DNA from: a virus
Virus record (IMG/VR): IMGVR_UViG_3300036766_002288
Location: 1 to 64,000 of that record
DNA length: 64,000 nt
Reading direction: 5' to 3' (one strand)
The number at the start of each line of letters is the position of its first letter. Position 1 is the first letter of the stretch. The translations under genes were made by a program, and so were the position numbers. Below are positions 61,833 to 64,000 of this stretch, in pieces. A model generated the notes under the pieces. It was not told the DNA's origin, did not search any database, and saw only the letters and a program-made list of their open reading frames with translations.

Positions 61833-63836
61833 TCATGTAACCACTGTGCTGACTTCATCTTTCATCTCTAAACATATTGAGTCACAACCAGATAGCATTT
61901 CCAATAATGCTTCATTGTGGTCAATAACAAAAACCTGTTTTTCTTTCGCTAACTCGCAAATCATTCTGTAAATACCAAGAACCCCAATAGCATCAACATT
62001 CATTGTTACTTCGTCTAGAAATATGACCGAAGGGGACGCACCAGAATTTAAAGAAGACACAAATGCCCATGCAGCGGCAACTGTTAGATTCAGTCTTCTT
62101 CTTTGCCCGCCCGACATTCCGTGATACACGTAAGGTCTTCCATTGAATGGATAACGGTCAATTGTTTCTTCGAGTTCGTTATTAAACGTCAATTTGATTT
62201 TATTGTCAATCAAAAATTGTAACCAGTATTCAATTCTGTCATTAAGTGTGGGAATGATACCATCAATGACATATTTCCTGATACCAGTATCCCCAAATGC
62301 CTTTACCCAAAATTCGTAATAAGGTAACAAATCTTCATTTTCCTTAATTTCATCCTTTTTCTTGTTACAGTCTTGGGCTTTAGTATTCAAATCATTGATG
62401 GCAGTGAGTTTAATTGCTTCAAAAGGTGATGAGCCTTTCATCTGCTCCTGTTTCTCAGTTGCTAGTTTCTTCAAATTTTCAAATTGCTCAGCAAGCAGCA
62501 ACTCTGAAATGTTAGAATCAGGCATTGTAACCTTACACAATTCATTAATCGCAAGATGCACACTATTGATTTCTTTGTTAACGTCATTTACCTTGTTTCC
62601 ATAATCTGCGATGACTCTTTCGCCCTTATTTTTAATAGTGTCCAGGCTCGTCAAATTGAGCAACTCGGTGTCGTGTTTTGTTTTAACCTCTTGTAAAAGT
62701 GGCTCATTCTCTTCCAGAACCTTCTTTGCCTGTGTAACGACCTTCGTAAAATTGGTCTCATTAACAACACCTAAACAATAAGGACATTCTTTATTGGTCT
62801 TTTCAGCTATTTCCCTAATACACTTCTGGTTATCAGATATTAGTTTTTCTAACTCGTCTTTTTTCTTCTTAAACACACTTATTGTTTCTTTAGAAGTTTT
62901 AATACTGGCAACAAGTTCATCACAACTGTTTTTGATTGCATTCAAAGCTCGCTGATAAGCTTCTTTTTTCTCTTCCAGGGTTGGCACCTTCTGTTTTAAA
63001 TCTGCTATCTGTTCTTGGGCATCTTGATAAGATGCAAGCGCCGCCCCCGTACTAGATTGCTCCAGTTCATCCCTTTTCTTTTTGATATCAGATAATAATT
63101 CATCTAATTCCTTCTTTAACTTTTCACGCCATTCATGTTCCTGTTTCTCTATTTGAGAAATTCTCGATACACATTCATCCTTCTGCACAACTAGAAACTC
63201 ATATTCTTTGCCAAGGTCTTTGATCTTAGTTTTAAGGTTCTTCTTCAGGTCATTAGTTTTTTCGAAATGGTTTCTATATTTTTCAAGTGACAAAATATTC
63301 TCAACAATCTCGCGTTTCTTGGTACTATCACATTCCAAAAACGGATGTGTATTATCATCACTAAAAATAAATATGTTTATAAACGACTCGTAAGTGAGAC
63401 CAATTTTTGATTCTATTTCAGCTTGCGCCCCTTTGCCCTTCGAAATTTCAGTATCCTTATTCCATATCCCCTCAGCACTCTTCCAAAGTCTTAATACTTG
63501 CTTATTATCACTATTTCTTTCCCTGACAACTCTATAATCATCCCACCTTACTTCTACAACTAGCTTCTTACCATCTTTGTTATTGATGAGATTAAGATGT
63601 GTTAATTTAGTTGGCTTCTTGATGGTTCTACCATAAAGACCATAAACTATGATTTCTGGTATACTGCTTTTACCACTTCCATTAGAAGCTTTCTCACTAT
63701 CTTCATCCACTACATCTAAATTCCTGCCTTTAATGGCCACAATATTCCCGTAAGACTTGAAGTCAATTTCAATTCCATCTTCGCCAAAGCACAGAAAATT
63801 TTGTGCTTTGGCGTATTTAAAATCCAAATTTATCAT
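61833..63836 (-). CDS. SbcC/Rad50-like recombination ATPase (T4 gp46-like)
   Basis: NGSGKS Walker A, CPYC zinc hook, SGGQ signature, FLDE Walker B, IDH. Confidence 0.92.
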   Translation of the reverse strand: MINLDFKYAKAQNFLCFGEDGIEIDFKSYGNIVAIKGRNLDVVDEDSEKASNGSGKSSIPEIIVYGLYGRTIKKPTKLTHLNLINNKDGKKLVVEVRWDDYRVVRERNSDNKQVLRLWKSAEGIWNKDTEISKGKGAQAEIESKIGLTYESFINIFIFSDDNTHPFLECDSTKKREIVENILSLEKYRNHFEKTNDLKKNLKTKIKDLGKEYEFLVVQKDECVSRISQIEKQEHEWREKLKKELDELLSDIKKKRDELEQSSTGAALASYQDAQEQIADLKQKVPTLEEKKEAYQRALNAIKNSCDELVASIKTSKETISVFKKKKDELEKLISDNQKCIREIAEKTNKECPYCLGVVNETNFTKVVTQAKKVLEENEPLLQEVKTKHDTELLNLTSLDTIKNKGERVIADYGNKVNDVNKEINSVHLAINELCKVTMPDSNISELLLAEQFENLKKLATEKQEQMKGSSPFEAIKLTAINDLNTKAQDCNKKKDEIKENEDLLPYYEFWVKAFGDTGIRKYVIDGIIPTLNDRIEYWLQFLIDNKIKLTFNNELEETIDRYPFNGRPYVYHGMSGGQRRRLNLTVAAAWAFVSSLNSGASPSVIFLDEVTMNVDAIGVLGIYRMICELAKEKQVFVIDHNEALLEMLSGCDSICLEMKDEVSTVVT

Positions 63837-64000
63837 ATTAATTCCTTAATACAGGTTATGCCAATTTCAATTAATTTTGTCTTATCAAGGTCGCCTGTGT
63901 CAGACTCCTTAGCATAAGTCTCAATCATTTCATCTTCTTTGTTTAAAATTGCTTTTGCATTTTGCACGACCTGTTTTTGATCGACTTTCATTTTTGGGCG
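63833..64000 (-). CDS. C-terminal end of the upstream gene, probably the gp47/SbcD-like nuclease partner (partial)
   Basis: open frame ...MKVDQKQ...MIETYAKE...LDKTKLIEIG..LI-stop overlapping the gp46 ATG; identity inferred from gene order only. Confidence 0.5.
   Translation of the reverse strand, partial: RPKMKVDQKQVVQNAKAILNKEDEMIETYAKESDTGDLDKTKLIEIGITCIKELI

Noticed and set aside
3704-63393. Many antisense or nested ORFs in the track (for example 3704, 5640, 11909, 18627, 26023, 28896, 30269, 31500, 39125, 55417, 62362)
   Set aside because: They lie inside well-supported genes, lack an RBS or motifs, and have atypical composition.
1-64000. Alternative genetic code (stop-codon reassignment) as in some jumbo phages
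   Set aside because: Conserved enzymes (PyrG, NrdJ, Lat, SbcC) are full length in code 11, and both TAG and TGA end genuine genes.

Overview
This window is part of a large, AT-rich, T4-like myovirus (probably jumbo phage) genome read in the standard genetic code. Virion genes include T4-type neck proteins (gp13/gp14-like), a gp15-like tail terminator, a tail sheath, two or three tail-tube paralogs and a gp26-like hub/chaperone with a candidate -1 frameshift. Replication and expression genes include a gp55-like late sigma factor, a gp46/SbcC ATPase, a Holliday-junction resolvase, an intein-containing class II ribonucleotide reductase, CTP synthase, UDG, two orphan DNA methyltransferases and several homing endonucleases. 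The accessory content is rich: two RimI-like acetyltransferases, an ADP-ribosylglycohydrolase, L-lysine 6-aminotransferase, a frameshifted RmlC, four glycosyltransferase-like genes, an McsA-like protein, an RNA ligase plus Thg1-like pair and three proteases. A six-gene exported-protein operon (24959-30771) encodes two CxxCH c-type cytochrome-like proteins and is the strongest candidate for an undescribed system. About 14 otherwise unrelated proteins share an N-terminal motif resembling the T4 capsid-targeting sequence. A ~104-nt structured RNA candidate lies at 34129-34232. Several proteins look host-derived and Planctomycete-like, which suggests the host; this is my recollection of the families, not a search result. 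I found no tRNA, rRNA or CRISPR array. All family calls come from motifs recognised by eye.
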